Counted from the first letter of the stretch, positions 25,875 through 38,735 are shown. The stretch is 64,000 bases of DNA from Octopus sinensis (GCF_006345805.1 NC_042998.1:164672001-164736000); one strand, 5' to 3'. The notes: generated by a model not told the origin, from the sequence alone. Made by a program: numbers and translations.

Positions 25875-25915
25875 TGGCTGACGACTAGCATCACGCTTGA
25901 AACTCAAGAGTACCA
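25875..25915 (+). ncRNA. Hammerhead-ribozyme-like motif (type I, weak helices)
   Basis: TGG-CTGACGA-CTAGCATCACGCTT-GAAA-CTCAAGAG-TA-CCA: core intact, 3-bp stem I, imperfect stem II. Confidence 0.45.
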
Positions 25916-26183
25916 ACGGATTTAAATCAAACTGTTTTGATCCATTTATATATATACAGAGAGGGAGAGAGAGGTGAGGGGAGAGAGGGGAAAAGTGAGA
26001 CGTAAAGAGCCAGCTGTTACCAGCGACGAGTATGACTTTATAGCAGATACCAAGTTTTCGATAATTATTTCAAGCATCTATAAAACTGCGAGAGGACATA
26101 GATATACATGCCACCCTGTTACCCTATCATCCTTTGACCAAGTGATACATCCTGGAAGTGAAAGCTGGAGAGAGAGAGATAGC

Positions 26184-26249
<66 letters not shown>

Positions 26250-26295
26250 CAGACGGACGGACGGACGGACGGACGGACAGACGGACGGACGGACG

Positions 26296-26392
<97 letters not shown>

Positions 26393-26715
26393 GGAGAGAG
26401 AGAGGGTGGAGCTGCTGCAGCACCCATCTAGCACTCATTTACACCAGACTAAACTAGAGCAACATGTAATGAAGTGCCTTGCTCAAGGACAGAGGGTGTT
26501 CCCGAATCAGAAGTTGAACCCGAGAGAGATCATGCCCCAAACCCTAACCACTAGTCAACAAGAGTCACAGGTACACATACATTTACACACGCACGTAACT
26601 ATCAATCTGTCTATCTATCTCTGTACACACATACGCACCACACACACACATATTCATCTATGTCCACTTCTATGCATTTGATGTGAGCGTATGAACGAGC
26701 GTGCGTGTGTGTGTG

Positions 26716-26780
<65 letters not shown>

Positions 26781-27322
26781 CGTGTGTGTGCGTGTGTGTG
26801 TGAGGTTCTGCTTTGTAATAAATTTCACACATTATCTTTAATTCATTCTTAATCAAATCGCATTTAATTGGCTATCCATAGAGATTCAGTCACGCAATCC
26901 AAGGTTATTTTACAACATCATTTCCACTTCACAAATCTTAGTCGCATGTCATAAACATTTAATGTAACGTTTTCAACGGTGAAAAATACATGTTTTTATT
27001 TATTTATTTATTTATCTATTTACTTATTTATTTATTTATCTTAATAAACTAATGCGAAATATGTATGTCAATATACATGTACGCATGCAACTCCGTATTC
27101 ATGTATTGATACATGTATATACATACATATGAACGTAAAAAAAACGTGTGTGTGTATATATATTATATATATATATATATATAATATATATATTATATAT
27201 ATATATATATATATTATGTATGTATGTATGTATGTGTGTGTGTGTGTATTTGTTTCATTAATTTGACTGCGGCCGTGCTAAGGCACCGCCTTGAAGTGTT
27301 TTAGTCGAAGAAATCGACCCCA

Positions 27323-27716
27323 TGGCTGTGTGATAAGAAGCTTCCCAACATCATGGTTCTGGGTTCAGTCCCACCACGAGACAATTTGGGCAAGTGTCTT
27401 CTACTATAGCCTCGGGTCAACCAAAGCCTTGTGAGCAGATTTGGTCGACGGTAACTGAAAGAAGCCCGTCGCATATGTTTGTGTGTGTGTGCGTGCGCGC
27501 GTTTTAGTATCTATACTTGTCCTCCCACCATCACTTGAAAACCGATGTTGGTGTGTTTACATCCCCGTTACCTAGCGGTTCAGCAAAAGACAGAATATGC
27601 ACTAGGTTTACAAAGAATAAGCTCCTGGGGCCGATTTTTTCGACGAGGAAACCCTTCAAGGTGGTGCTCCAGCACGGTCGCAGTCAAATGACTGAAACAA
27701 GTAAAATAATAAAAGA
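27323..27716 (+). mobile_element. Bipartite SINE A-B
   Basis: A module 27323-27475, (TG)n, B module 27510-27716; a partial inverted B module precedes it at 27262-27320. Confidence 0.88.
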
Positions 27717-27748
<32 letters not shown>

Positions 27749-27760
27749 ACATATATATAA

Positions 27761-27927
27761 TGCATTAAATACTGCAAAACGTACATGTAGGACAGACACC
27801 AGAGCCCTAATACTTCAGTTAACGATAAAGGCATGAAACTAAGTATTAGTATTTCTTGGTCGACAACTGATGAAGTATTAGGGTTCTTGTGTCTGTCCTC
27901 CGTGTACGTTTGGTAGTACTCAATGCA
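27761..27927. repeat. Short fold-back (about 57-bp arms)
   Basis: TGCATT...GTAGGACAGACACCAGAGCCCTAATACTTCA is complementary to TGAAGTATTAGGGTTCTTGTGTCTGTCCTCC...AATGCA. Confidence 0.75.
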
Positions 27928-28009
27928 TTCTTCATTTATGGAATAACTGATCAGCACGCAACCCGATTTTTCTTAACCGTAAGTTTGTGTATATATTATA
28001 TATATATAT

Positions 28010-28270
28010 ATACGATCAATAAATATTCGGACTGTTACTATAGTAAAGAAAACTAAATCTTCAGTGATAATGGACTGAACTGAACCGTAACTAATCTGCA
28101 CATCCACTGATAACTCATGGATGGAGGATTCGACGATTTCCCTTCACAGTCGCACGCACATCTGCGACGTTTTTTCTCAATTCTGCTGGTTGCGGGTGTC
28201 CCAGAACGTTCTTCAATATCGACATTTTTTTGTCCATCAATATACTGCAGCCATGCTGGACCGTTGCATA
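28010..28270 (-). mobile_element. Mariner fragment, same family as 16549-16983
   Basis: DGQKNVDIEERSGTPATSRIEK; TIR-like GATCAATAAATATTCGGACTGTTACTATAGTAA. Confidence 0.75.
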
Positions 28271-28851
28271 TTGTCTTCAAGAATTTTAACTGAACCATTG
28301 GACTTTGGTACTTATTTTTTAAAGCCTTTTAGTTATTCAATCAGTCTGTTTTTGATGAAACGCTAGGTCACTGGAGCGTAAACACATCAACTCTCGTCGA
28401 GCAGTGGTCGGGGATAAAATACAAACACACGCAAACACACACATTAATAGCCGTTCAAGAATTTTGGACCTGGAGATCTCCATTTCCAGCGACTTCGAAG
28501 GCCACCTCCCAGGGGTGTCGGGCGTCAACGAAGAGCCCTCGACTACAACAAGACGATCAAAGTTTTTTTTTCAATGTCTGGGGTCTCCCGCCCTAAGCCC
28601 TAGACCATCACCTAATCACCCTTACCCGTCTTGTTGCATAACAACAACAACAACACACATTAATAACGACAGAAGTATTAATATCAAAACGTAATATTCA
28701 TCTCCCTCTTAAAATGAATATTGTGTTAGAACACGCAAAAATCGTTACTTATCATGAGAGGACCTCTCAAATGGGAGGCGCGATTGATTACAGTGACAGC
28801 ATATTAAAATACCTTTAAAGGTTAAAATTATAAACAACTTATAAGTTGTGT

Positions 28852-29270
28852 AGGCGCAGGAGTGGCTGTGTGGTAAGTAGCTTGCTAACCAACCACATGG
28901 TTCCGGGTTCAATCCCACTGCGTGGCATCTTGGGCAAGTGTCTTCTGCTATAGCCCCGGGCCGACCAATGCCTTGTGAGTGGATTTGGTAGACGGAAACT
29001 GAAAGAAGCATGTCGTATATATGTATATATGTATATATATGTGTGTGTGTATGTGTTTGTGTTTGTCCCCCTAGCATTGGCAACCGATGCTGGTGTGTTT
29101 ACGTCCCCGTAACTTAGCGGTTAGGCAAAAGAGATCGATAGAATAAGTACTGGGCTTACAAAGAATAAGTCCCGGGGTCGATTTGCTCGACTAAAGGCGG
29201 TGCTCCAGCATGGCCGCAGTCAAATGACTGAAACAAGTAAAAGAGAAAAGAGAGAAAAGAGAAAAAGAGA
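28852..29270 (+). mobile_element. Bipartite SINE A-B, full length
   Basis: AGGCGCAGGAGTGGCTGTGTGG head, GGGTTCAATCCC B box, (TA)(TG) tract, B module, (AAAAGAG)n tail. Confidence 0.92.
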
Positions 29271-29279
29271 GAATATATA

Positions 29280-29990
29280 TTCGAGGGGGAAACGTTCTCT
29301 GTGAGACAAGCCGGCTGCAGTTCGGACTTCTGCCACAAGAAGCCACTTCATGCAACCCTCAGGCATCAGTCTATCGACCGGTGGCGTCGATTGTACTACT
29401 GTTACGTGATGCGTCTATGTTTTGCAGTGCTTCCCCCTCTGTTCATCGATTGTTCATCAAGGTGACCGCCGACCCCCCGAACAAATGAAGACGTTACGAA
29501 AATTCATGAACTGAACTGATCTTGGAGAGCCTTCGCCGAACAATTGACAAACTTGATATGATTTGTATGTCCTGGAGCTTCTGCCAACGAATTTTGAGCG
29601 AGGAATTACGAATAAAAAGAACTGCAGCAAAATTTGTTCCTCGCTTGCTCACGAAAGATCAAAAGCAGTCACGACTGAATTTGTGTCGTGAACTGAAAGA
29701 ACAGTTGGAAGTTGATTTGAACCTTAATTTCGAAGGTCATCTCTGATGAACAATGCTGGTGTTATGGAATTTGCAGATGTGGAAGATGTGAAAAAAAAAT
29801 ACGACAGAGGCTTTAAAAGGCGTCACTTCGCAAGTATTCCAGCACTGCTTCGAACAGTGGAAAACGCATCTGGATTGATTCATTGCTTCAAATGGAGAAT
29901 ACTTTGAAGACGATAAAATCGTAAACATGTAAAACAAAGCAAATAAAATAACATTGCAAAAAAACCGGTTTCTTTTGAGTACACCCTCAT
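29280..29990 (+). mobile_element. Internally deleted mariner
   Basis: ILSEELRIKRTAAKFVPRLLTKDQK is fused to the C-terminal FQHCFEQWKTHLD*FIASNGEYFE; right TIR CCGGTTTCTTTTGAGTACACCCTC. Confidence 0.88.
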
Positions 29991-30046
29991 GTGTGTGTAT
30001 GTATACATGTATACACACACACACACACCACCACATATATATATAT

Positions 30047-30092
<46 letters not shown>

Positions 30093-30326
30093 TAAACAAA
30101 AACTACCGTTTCTTTCTATAGTTGGTACATTGAGTTTCCCATCCAAGTAAAGCTTCTCTTATAAAGGAAAGCAACTGTAACAAACTGAGTACAGCGGTAA
30201 ACAAAATACAGACATAGAAACGGATATGGAAATACATGTGTATATATGAGAATGGGCATTTTTGTGCGTTTGTATGTTTGTATGTGTATATATGTGTGTG
30301 TGTGTGGTGTGGGTTGTGATGGTGTG

Positions 30327-30363
<37 letters not shown>

Positions 30364-30370
30364 TGGTGTG

Positions 30371-30418
<48 letters not shown>

Positions 30419-31637
30419 TGTGTGCTGTGTGTGTGTATGTGTGTGTGTGTTTGTGTGTGAATGGATGAAATAGGTACCAGACTCAAATAAGTACTAAGGT
30501 TGATGTCTTCAACTTAAAACCTTGGATTGTGGCTGGTGTTTCAACAAGGCCACATGCCAAAAACTGAAAGCAGATAAAGCAAGAAATAATAAAATGTAGT
30601 CGTAAAATGAGAAAAAATTGTGAAGATAAAACGTTAAAGAAATAATAAAAATACAGAAGGAATCTAGAATAACAGTTGGAAAAATTGAAAGATTGAAAAA
30701 AATGAAGTGAGACGCACAAAGTGAAAAGCAAATTAGAACAGTTTGAAGAGTATTGTAGAGAATTCATTAAAGAGAGGGAAGGAGGGGAAAGTTGAGAAAG
30801 TGTGAAAAAAGTATAGTGGTAGGGGAGAAAGAATGTCGTGAGTATATATATGTAAGCGAGAACAGTAAAGGATAAGTAGAAGAGAAAAGAGGTGAATGAC
30901 ACAGAATAAATACAAAAAAAGGAACAGAAATAGATGAATAGATTTAAATAAATAACAGCAGAGAGGAAATGAGAATGGAAAGAAAAGAGAGAAGCGAGTC
31001 AGAGTTAGAGAGATATAGGAAGGAAATGAGAGATATTACAAGTAAAAAGATTACAGAAAAGAAAGAGTGAGAAAGGGAAGGAGAGAATTTATTTGAAGAC
31101 TGAGAAGGTGAGAAAAAGAGAAAAAGGAAGGAGAAAGTTTAGAAGAAAGGGAGAGAAAAGGGGAGAGAGAATTGTCACCCGATCTGGCATTCGTTTAGGT
31201 TTTTGTAAACATTATTTCAGTGGTTTATTTGCATACGGACATCGTTGAAGTACCTGTAACACCTTTATTTGATTGGACGTAGGGAGAGAAGGTATGGTCT
31301 CACCTTTTCTCATATATGAGTATGTATGAACATGCTTCCTCCCATCACTAACTTCGAAAACTCACATGCACACACACATATATATATACGGATGCATGCA
31401 TAGATAGACACACAAATACCCACGCACACACGAACGCACACGCATACACACACATCTATATATAGGGAGAGAAAGAGAGAGAGCGAGAGAGGTGGGAGGG
31501 AGAGTGAATTAAAGATAAATTCACACACATATATAGAGGTGGTGGTTGGAATATTAAATTGGATCAGCAGTTGCATTTGTGTGAACATATACTTCTTTTA
31601 CAGCTACTCTCTATTTGTTTACTCCCCCCTCTCTCTC

Positions 31638-31675
<38 letters not shown>

Positions 31676-32305
31676 TCTCATATACGTGTGTGTGTGTGTG
31701 TACATAAAATTCAAACGACAGGAGTACAGAAAATGAAAGGGAGACGTAGAAGTGTTATGAGAACTTGAGTAATGTACTCAAAAGAATGCCAATACAAGTA
31801 GTTTGTCGTTGATTTAAATCGCAATTACTTGTCCTACGAAGACTTGTCAAAAATCCCTGAAACAGAGGAACTACCCCTATTGTCCTTGTATAAAAAGAAG
31901 CGCTTTCATATTTTGCTTTTAATTTTCCCAATGTAGGCATTACAAACTATACATAAACTTCATCGGATTATTTTAGATTTCTTAATAGATATTCCTGTAT
32001 AATACAAATAGATAAACATATACTTATGTGCTTGTATAAGCACACACAGACACACACACACACAAACACACACACACATACACACAAACACACGCACACA
32101 CACATACACACACGCACACATATACACACACACATACACACAGTAGCATCAGCACTAAGCAGTGATTAGGAATAAACGAACTTTAAGATAGAATATGTTT
32201 GTTACCTATTTTAACATGTAAAGATAAATTCACTGCAGCTACTGTGGACAAAAAAATTCTCTCTTTTGCTGAAAGGTTTATCCTGCCTGGTCGGGATAAA
32301 TGTAA

Positions 32306-32562
32306 TATTGGGTTGGTGCATAATTACTGCGGCTTTTTTTCAATAATTTGTATTCAACAAAAACAATAACAATATTTAACAAAAACATCTTTAAATGACG
32401 GTCTGACCGTCTGCCAAGCAAATGGAAAGCAGAAATTGAAGTAGACGGTGAATATGCACCGGAATAATCATTTAAAGGGGTTTTTGTTACATGCTGTTAT
32501 TGTTTTTGTCGAATAAAATTTGTTGAAAAAAAAAACTCGCATTATTTATGAACCAACCCAAT
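32306..32562 (+). mobile_element. Mariner-derived MITE, second copy of the 6134-6375 family
   Basis: TATTGGGTTGGTGCATAATTACTGCGG ... TGAACCAACCCAATA, with the same internal sequence. Confidence 0.88.
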
Positions 32563-33049
32563 AGAAAGGGTCGTCTGAGAATTCGACAGGAAGAAGCACT
32601 GGGTAGATACGATGTTTTTAGCCTTCCTCAATCGGAAATGCCAAAGAGAAACAACTCTGGGCAGAGACATAAGCCTTAACTAGAAACGATATCTTTTATA
32701 GTTTTCTTATTTCAGCCATTATACTCCGGCCATGATAAGGTACCGCCTTGAAATTCTTAGTCAAACAAATCACCACCAAGACTTATGTTTTTAAATCTGG
32801 TACTTACTCTGTCGATTCCTTTAGCCGATCCGCTATGTTACGGAGACTTAAGGAACAATATCAGTTGCTGAACATACGGCTACGCCTGCACTTATATTAC
32901 ATTATATTATATTACATTATATTATATTATATTATATTATATTATATTATATTATGTATATTATATTACATTATATTATATATATATTATATAATATATA
33001 TATATATACTTAAACATACCGCTACGCCTGTGGTTATATATATATATAT

Positions 33050-33083
<34 letters not shown>

Positions 33084-33263
33084 TTATGAGAGGTAATGGT
33101 GTCAAAAAGACCCACAGGTGTGAGGTAATGCTGAGTAAGTGCTATGGACAGACTATAGCTAAGCTCCAGGTTCGGTGATTATGCGAATGAAGAGTCCAAC
33201 GTAAGTCATATATCAGCATGCGTATATATAAAAAATTAACCGGATCAGATAGAAATCCAAAGC

Positions 33264-33572
33264 TGTGAAAGATTTCAGAACATTTATAAAGAGGTCTTAC
33301 AGCTGTTTCCGGGATATTTTATATATCCCTTCATCGGAGACGGTGTAAGAAAATGGTTAAGCAATAGTTATTCTAGAGAAGATATGAAATAGAGAGTGAA
33401 GTGGAGGAATGTTTTCGTCTGTTTTCATCCTCCACTTCACTCTCTAATTCATGTCTTCTCTAGAATAACTATTGCTTAACCATTTTCTCACACCGTCTCT
33501 GATGAAGGGATACATAAAATATCACAGAAACAGCTGTAAGACCTATTTATAAATGTTCTGAAATCTTTCACA
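33264..33572. repeat. Near-perfect 145-bp-arm palindrome carrying a hammerhead-like motif in each arm
   Basis: 33264-33408 is the reverse complement of ~33426-33572 with few mismatches; loop about 18 nt. Confidence 0.95.
33495..33542 (+). ncRNA. Type-I hammerhead-like motif (Penelope-type, palindromic stem III)
   Basis: GTCT-CTGATGA-A-GGGATA(CATAAAA)TATCAC-A-GAAAC-AGCT-GTA-AGAC. The mirror copy at ~33294-33341(-) has CCGATGA. Confidence 0.65.
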
Positions 33573-33660
33573 CCCTTGAATTTAAATCTCATTTTATTAA
33601 TTTGATATAATAAATATATTATATAATATATATATATTATATATATATAATATATTACAG

Positions 33661-33810
33661 TAATTAATAATTGAGGGTGCTACAGGTAGCACTGGCACGC
33701 AAAAAATAGCAGTCAGAAGACAACTACAGCCGCAAATTTTCACTGTAATTGCCTCACTGTTTTTTTTAAAGCGTGCTGGTGCTACCTGTAGTACCTTTAG
33801 TTATTAATTA
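33661..33810. mobile_element. MITE-like element with ~40-bp terminal inverted repeats
   Basis: TAATTAATAATTGAGGGTGCTACAGGTAGCACTGGCACGC / GCGTGCTGGTGCTACCTGTAGTACCTTTAGTTATTAATTA; duplicate at 34479-34626. Confidence 0.75.
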
Positions 33811-33881
33811 ATAATTTTCTACCTAATGGTATTTTACGCATGCTATGTTATGATCTTGTAATTGATATAAAATATAATAAT

Positions 33882-33924
<43 letters not shown>

Positions 33925-33926
<2 letters not shown>

Positions 33927-34424
33927 AGGGAAGCTTATGAAAATAAACAAAAGACGAAGGCAGGTGGAATACAAACACAACAATTGTATTAGTATGGGCT
34001 CAGGAATATAAAGAAAACAAGTCTTTTACGTTTCGAGCCTACGCTCTTCAACAGAAAGATACACAGAAAGAACACAGAAAGAAGAACAAGGAGAGAAGAA
34101 AAATGCGTGCAGAGGCTAGCGAATCAACATGGCGATCTGATTTCGGCAGAAGTCAAAGATCAAACGTGAGACGCAAGAGCGAAATTAGGAGAAACAGGGT
34201 TAAATGACCTCGCCCCAACATAAGAGTATGAAATGAATGTAACAAAGAATAATATATGAGAAAGTAAAAACGAACGGGACAGTTTATACGAACAAGTTCA
34301 AGTTGAGAGTCAAGGTTAGAAATGTATAGACGTCGTGGTATATTTTTTAAGGATTTCACATCAATAAAGTCACTTGATCGACACCGTGAAAGAGAGGTGC
34401 GGCCAGTGGTAAGTATCCAAGGGG

Positions 34425-34430
<6 letters not shown>
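33925..34430 (-). mobile_element. Penelope-like 3'/pLTR fragment with hammerhead-like motif
   Basis: Minus-strand ...RRLYISNL..TLN-like peptide (weakly GIY-YIG C-terminal-like) followed by the motif at 34023-34058. Duplicate at 34750-35260; partial copy at 19160-19330. Confidence 0.55.
34023..34058 (-). ncRNA. Minimal hammerhead-like motif with CUGUUGA core variant
   Basis: TCTTT-CTGTTGA-A-GAGC(GTAG)GCTC-GAAAC-GTA-AAAGA. Identical at 34850-34885; degenerate at 19263-19298. Confidence 0.55.
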
Positions 34431-34478
<48 letters not shown>

Positions 34479-34686
34479 TAATTAATAATTGAGGGTGCTA
34501 CAGGTAGCACTGGCACGCAAAAAATAGCATCAGAAGACAACTACAGCCGCAAATTTTCACTGTAATTGCCTCACTGTTTTTTTTTAAGCGTGCTGGTGCT
34601 ACCTGTAGTACCTTTAGTATTAATTAATAATTTTCTACCTCATGGTATTTTACGCATGCTATGTTACTTGATATTGTAAAAATAAT

Positions 34687-34752
<66 letters not shown>

Positions 34753-35258
34753 CGGGAAGCTTTATGAAAATAAACAAAAGACGAAGGCAGGTGGAATACA
34801 AACAAACAATTGTATTAGTATGGCGCTCAGGAATATAAATAAAACAAGTCTTTTACGTTTCGAGCCTACGCTCTTCAACAGAAAGATACACAGAAAAGAA
34901 ACACAGAAAGAAACAAGGAGAGAAGAAAAATGCGTGCAGAGGCTAGCGAATCAACATGGCGATCTGATTTCGGCCAGAAGTCAAAGATCAAACGTGAGAC
35001 GCAAGAGCGAAATTAGGGGAGATAACAGGGTTAAATGACCTCGCCCCAACATAAGAGTATGAAATGAATGTAAAAAAGAATAATATATGAGAAAGTAAAA
35101 TAAAACGAACGGGACAGTTTATACGAACAAGTTCAAGGTTGAGAGTTCAAGGTTAGAAATGTATAGACGTCGTGGTATATTTTTTAAGGATTTCACATCA
35201 ATAACAAAGTCACTTTGATCCGTGAAAGAGAGGTGCGGCCAGTGGTAAGTATCCAAGG

Positions 35259-35304
<46 letters not shown>

Positions 35305-35334
35305 ATAACATACATAATATGTTATTTGTATATA

Positions 35335-35557
35335 TATATTTCTTTATTCCACAAGGGGCTAAACATAGAGGGGACAAACAAGGACAGACGAACGGATTAA
35401 GTCGATTACATCGACTCCAGTGCGTAACTGGTACTAAATTTATCGACCCGAAAAGGATGAAAGGCAAAGTCGACCTTGGCGGAATTTGAACTCACAACAT
35501 AAGAAATACGGCTACGCATTTCGCCCGGCGTGCTAACGTTTCTGCCAGCTCGCCGCC
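35335..35557 (-). mobile_element. SINE family C, full length
   Basis: Head GGCGGCGAGCTGGCAGAAACGTTAGCAC, B box GAGTTCAAATTCC, central CTTTCATCCTTTTCGGGTCGATAAATTTAGTACCAG. Confidence 0.9.
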
Positions 35558-36164
35558 TATGTATGTATATCAATCAAAGGACATACTAAGTATGTCTACC
35601 TGCTGGAAATAACAGCCAAAACTCTAATTTAAATTGCTAAAATACTGCAATCGCTTATATTATTAATTCTGTTATCATTTTTAAATTGTTACACTAGATA
35701 ATAACAGAGTTAATGATATCTTCGCAAATTAATTTTTCGTGAATTATCTGCTCCGCATTCAAATTATATACAAGTATATATACACACATATGCATATATT
35801 TAACTCTTGTGTGTATATGTGCATGTGTGTGTAAAGTGTATATTAATACGTACTACATTTCTATATATATATTATTTGTAAAAAAAATAACCTTTTCATT
35901 CTTTGTTTCCTGAGATGTAAACAAAACCATTGAAACAAAGGGCTATTCTTTACGTTCCGAAATAGAAATTTTGCAAAGCGAAAATATAACTCTCTGGCTT
36001 CCTTTGTTCGTGATATAAGCAGTGTATGCAAACTTCACTATTCCGTTCATGGATGTATCAGCCGAATTAGTACGAATGAACTTGAAATTTTGTTGTAAAT
36101 ATGAGCGCGCACCAAACAAATACACGCTCGCGTGCACACTCGCACACACTCACACGCGCGCGCA

Positions 36165-36814
36165 CAGAGGCACAGTCGTGGCCGTGTGGTAAGAAGTTTG
36201 TTTATCAACCACATGGTTTCAGGTTCAGTCTCACTGCGTTGTACTTTAAGATAGTGTCTTTCGCTATAGCCTCGTCCGGACTAGACTTGTCAGCGGATTT
36301 GGTGGACAGAAAATAAAATGTGTGTGTGTTTGTTTGTGTGTATGTGTGTGTGTGTGCGTTTGTTTGTGTGCATGTGTGTGTGTGTGTGTTTGTGTATGTG
36401 TGTGCATGTGTGTACATGTGTATCCTAGTGCGTGTACGTGTTTTTGTGTCAGTGTTTTTCGCCGCCCTACCGCTTGACAACCATTGTTGATGTGCTTACG
36501 TCCTCGTAAAATTAGCTGTTCGGTAAAAGTGAGCGAAATAATTAGTAGTAGACTCTAAAAATTAAGTACTGGGGTCGATTCGTTCGACTAAAATTCATCA
36601 GAACGTGCCCAGCATGTCCGCAACCTAAGGACTGAAACAAGCAAAATATTATATAAAGGAGTGGCTGTGTGGTAAGAAGCTTGCTTCCCAACCATATGGT
36701 TCCAGGTTAAGTCCCACTGCGTAGCACCTTAAGGAAGTGTCTTGTACTCTAGCCTCGGGCCGATCAAAGCATTGTGAGTAGATTTGGTAGATGGAAACCG
36801 AAAGAAGCTCCGTC

Positions 36815-36850
<36 letters not shown>

Positions 36851-37075
36851 GTATATATGTATCTATTTGTGTGACAGTGTTTGTCTCTCCCCACCATCGA
36901 TTGACAAGCGATGCTGATGTTTAAGTCCCTGTAAATTAGCGGTTTGGCAAAAGAGGCCTATAGAATAATTATTAGGCTTACAAAGAATAAGTCCTGACGT
37001 CGATTTCTACGGCTGAATGTGGTGCTCCTGCATGGCCGCACTCAAATGACTGAAACAAGTAAAAGAATGAAAGAA
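36165..37075 (+). mobile_element. Two adjacent bipartite SINE A-B copies
   Basis: Copy 1 at ~36165-36650, copy 2 at ~36655-37075, each with head, microsatellite and B module. Confidence 0.85.
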
Positions 37076-37094
37076 TGTGTGTGTGTGTGTGTGT

Positions 37095-37127
<33 letters not shown>

Positions 37128-37129
<2 letters not shown>

Positions 37130-37490
37130 AGGTGCAATGGCCCAGTCGTTAGGGCAGCGGACTCGTGGTCCTAGGATCGCGGTTTCCATTCCAAGATCGG
37201 GCGTTATGAGTGTTTATTGAGCGAAAACACCTAACCTCCACGAGGCTCCAGCTGGGGGTAGTGGGGAACCCTGCTGTGCTCTTTCACCACAACTTTATCT
37301 CATTCTTTCTTCCTGTTTCTGTTGTACCTATATTTCATACTCCGTGTCACGCTGAATCTCCCTGAGAATTACATTAAGGGTACACGTGTCTGTGGAGTTC
37401 TCAGCCACTTACAGGTTAATTTCATGAGCAGACTGTTCCGTTGATCGGATCAACTGAAACCTTCGTCATTGCAACCGACGGAGTGCCACT
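37128..37490 (+). mobile_element. SINE family D
   Basis: Collinear with 11916-12297. Confidence 0.88.
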
Positions 37491-37536
37491 GAAAAACAAT
37501 ATATATATATATATATATATATGTATAATAATATAT

Positions 37537-37574
<38 letters not shown>

Positions 37575-37580
<6 letters not shown>

Positions 37581-38220
37581 TATATATAAAAATACAAAAT
37601 GGGACATGAACCCAAAACACTCAAAGAGACGACACAAAAAACGGACGGGTCATTCGAAACCTCTAATCTTCAGTCAAGAACCGGATCATCCACGCAATTA
37701 CGGCTGATTAATCTTGAGATCGCTCCGATCCGGCCAGCCCCAAGGAAAAACTAAGCTACGAGCATTAGATTTCTTGGAAAAAGGATCGAATGTATACGAA
37801 ACAAGGACAGAAAACGGACGATGCCTACGAAATAAATACAAAAACAAATTAGTATAACAGGACAAAAACAGCGGGTGTCTTACGACTTTAGACAGTTCAA
37901 CTTAGCTTAACTGGCGTATTTGGAAAAAAATGCCTATGCGGCAGACGAAGAAAACGATGTTGTTGTGGCGGTGGTCAGAAGCCGAAAGGCTAGTTGACCG
38001 GCGGTCACGTGAGAGGAGAAGAGAGAGAAAAAAAGGGGGCAAAGGAATCAAAGAGAGAGAGAAAAAGAGGGACAAAGGCACCAAAGGGGGGAGGGAGAAG
38101 AGAGAGAAAGAAGGTTCTTGACTGAAGATTAGAGGCTTCGAATGACCCGTCCGCTTTTTGTGTCGTCTCTTTGAGTGTTTTGGAGTCTTGTCCCATTTTG
38201 TATTTTTATATATATTTTTA
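37575..38220. repeat. Inverted-repeat-bounded element (108-bp arms)
   Basis: 37575-37682 is the reverse complement of 38113-38220 (CGGACGGGTCATTCGAA.CCTCTAATCTTCAGTCAAGAACC). Confidence 0.88.
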
Positions 38221-38259
38221 TGCATATATTATTGCGGTGTAACGTACATCTTGTTCTCT

Positions 38260-38297
<38 letters not shown>

Positions 38298-38544
38298 TAA
38301 TACACATACATACGTGCGTCTGTGTGTGTGTGTGCGTGCGTATGTGTGTGTGCGTGCGTGCGTATGTGTGCGTGTGTGTGCTTGTGTGTGTGTTTGTGGG
38401 CGTGTGTGAAGCGATGAAATGTAGGGCTTGAAGAAATCTAAATGGACACTTCAGTCAAGACTATGAAAAACTTAGCTACACATGTTTTTGTGTGTGTGTG
38501 TGAGTGTGTGTGTGTTAGTGTGTATGTGGGTGTATACATATGTA

Positions 38545-38735
38545 TATGCATATATGTATACGATGGGTTTCCACTCAGTTTTCGTCTACAAATGCATTCA
38601 CAATGCACTGGTGTGTCCGGGTCATTGTAACAATTACTTGTCCAATGTGCCGTGCAGTGGAATTGAACCTGAAACCACGTGGTTGCAAAACACTGAACCA
38701 CACCTGCACAAAACACTGAACCACACCTGCGCCTA
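38545..38735 (-). mobile_element. SINE A module (degenerate)
   Basis: Reverse complement of GGTTCAATTCCACTGCACGGCACATTGGACAAGT...GTAGACGAAAACTGAG. Confidence 0.75.

Noticed and set aside
38113-38160. CTGAAGA...CGAAT as a hammerhead core
   Set aside because: No foldable stem II and no GAAA or stem III.
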